From the NCBI GenBank assembly GCA_041649575.1, contig JBAZMW010000002.1:148487-212486 (forward strand): 64,000 nucleotides of DNA, given 5' to 3'. The position numbers and the translations under genes are program-made. Below are positions 62,952 to 64,000 of this stretch, in pieces. How positions within the stretch are numbered: the first letter of the stretch is position 1; every line of letters starts with the position of its first letter. The DNA comes from Patescibacteria group bacterium (GTDB lineage Bacteria; Patescibacteriota; Patescibacteriia; 2-01-FULL-39-33). Under the pieces are notes generated by a model. It saw nothing but the letters and a program-made list of their open reading frames with translations. It was not told the origin of the DNA and did no database searches.

Positions 62952-63869
62952 TTAAGATCTTAGATATCTGCCCAAAGCCAGCGAACTGCTGATGATGTTT
63001 AAAATCGTGATGCCCACCAGTTGCAGACCGAAAATTATCAAGAAATGTTCATTGAAATATTTCGTCACATCAAAATCAACGCCTTCAAAAAAACTGGCCA
63101 AATGCGGCTGCAGGAGCGCCAGAAAAGAATAAGTGACTATTATCGCCAGCAGACAAGCCAGGATGCCTGAAAAAATGTTTTCTAGGATAAACGGCGATCG
63201 CACAAACCAATTACTGGCTCCAACCAGTTTCATAATGCCGACTTCGTTACGATGGGTAAAGATAGCGATGCGCACCGTATTAAAGACGATTAACGCGGCA
63301 ATAATCACAAAAATAATACTGATAACCAGTCCGCCCCGCCTGATATTATTGGCAATGGTATTAATTCGATTGATCACCAATTGATGGTCGTTGTAGTTTT
63401 TTTCCTCGACTAGTTCGCTGTAAGCGGGATTATCAATGGCTTTCAAAACCTCCGGATAGCTTTCCAGGTCTTTGGCTTTTATGATCAGTGTCGCCCCTAG
63501 TGGATTGCCGGCCAGTTCGTCCAAGGTCTCTTTGATAACGGGGTCGTTTTCGTGCTTTGCTTTAAATTCTTTCAAATTGTCTTCTGGCGAATGATAAATA
63601 ATTTCCTTGACTTGCGGCAGTGTCTCTAGATGATTTTTAACTTCGTTGATTTTGTCTTCCTTTACGTCGCGCTTGAAATAAACCGAAACATCGACTCTAT
63701 CTTTGACCGCCACAATCGCCGAATCGGAAATGGCGTTGATAATCACCAAAAAATTAATCGATAAAAAAGTCAAAGAAATAATAAAAATCGTGGCCAAGGA
63801 GAGCCAAATATTGCGCCAGAAAGACTGCAGGGCAAAAATAACGCTTCTTTTAATGGCTACTAAAAACAT
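62952..63869 (-). CDS. ftsX: Cell division ABC transporter permease FtsX
   Basis: Four-TM FtsX topology. Conserved C-terminal region MKLVGASNWFVRSPFILE. Confidence 0.88.
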   Translation of the reverse strand: MFLVAIKRSVIFALQSFWRNIWLSLATIFIISLTFLSINFLVIINAISDSAIVAVKDRVDVSVYFKRDVKEDKINEVKNHLETLPQVKEIIYHSPEDNLKEFKAKHENDPVIKETLDELAGNPLGATLIIKAKDLESYPEVLKAIDNPAYSELVEEKNYNDHQLVINRINTIANNIRRGGLVISIIFVIIAALIVFNTVRIAIFTHRNEVGIMKLVGASNWFVRSPFILENIFSGILACLLAIIVTYSFLALLQPHLASFFEGVDFDVTKYFNEHFLIIFGLQLVGITILNIISSSLALGRYLRS

Positions 63870-63875
63870 ATTTTA

Positions 63876-64000
63876 TTAAATTATGTATTTGCCGACTTTT
63901 TGATCTTGAATTATCGACCCCTCCTCCAAAGTAATCACTCTTCTTTTCAGGGAGTTGACTATTTCTTTGTTGTGAGTGACCAAAACTATCGTGGTGCCGA
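63876..64000 (-). CDS. ftsE: Cell division ATP-binding protein FtsE, C-terminal fragment (window edge)
   Basis: Reverse complement reads ...GTTIVLVTHNKEIVNSLKRRVITLEEGSIIQDQKVGKYII*, the ABC H-loop region. Lies immediately upstream of ftsX. Confidence 0.65.
   Translation of the reverse strand, partial: GTTIVLVTHNKEIVNSLKRRVITLEEGSIIQDQKVGKYII

Noticed and set aside
1-64000. CRISPR arrays, rRNA genes, additional tRNAs.
   Set aside because: No regularly spaced direct repeats were seen. No rRNA-like conserved blocks were seen. Only one convincing cloverleaf (tRNA-Gln at 62620-62690) was found by manual inspection, and others may have been missed without a search tool.

Overview
This window reads as a low-GC, reduced genome of Patescibacteria/CPR type with strong Shine-Dalgarno sites and TTGACA-17-TATAAT promoters. 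Most of it is housekeeping: a partial secF; a ribosomal-protein/rpoA block (infA, rpmJ, rpsM, rpsK, rpsD, rpoA, rplQ, rplM, rpsI); tRNA synthetases (alaS, pheS, pheT, lysS, serS, gltX); mnmA, def, fmt, ftsQ-like, ftsX/ftsE, xerC/D-like, an M23 peptidase and a UvrD-type helicase fused to a PD-(D/E)xK nuclease. There is a lipid-related trio (CarS-like, DAGK-like kinase, PlsC-like acyltransferase) and a TrwB/TraD-like coupling-protein ATPase with an upstream membrane partner and a sigma-70 region 4/HARE-HTH protein. Further genes are an AmmeMemoRadiSam radical SAM enzyme plus Memo-like protein, a glycosyltransferase/flippase/polymerase cluster, a Liv-type ABC operon with four binding-protein paralogs and a TrmB-like regulator, a radical SAM/SPASM protein and tRNA-Gln(UUG). 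What the ordinary annotation does not explain falls in three groups. (1) At least a dozen sharply G+C-rich mini transcription units, each with its own consensus promoter, GGAGG ribosome-binding site and rho-independent terminator, are scattered between AT-rich housekeeping genes. Some encode small proteins (Zn-ribbon, secreted Thr/Ala-rich, PlsC-like), others look like structured RNAs with tiny leader ORFs, and four sit in tandem at 40.0-41.8 kb. (2) Short GC-rich palindromic elements with TGTCATCCCGAGG-type inverted termini are inserted in frame in a TagA/WecG-like gene (three times) and in pheT (one half-copy), in the manner of Rickettsia palindromic elements. (3) A roughly 200-bp intergenic repeat family is present in three copies. 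No CRISPR array, rRNA or obvious prophage was seen.
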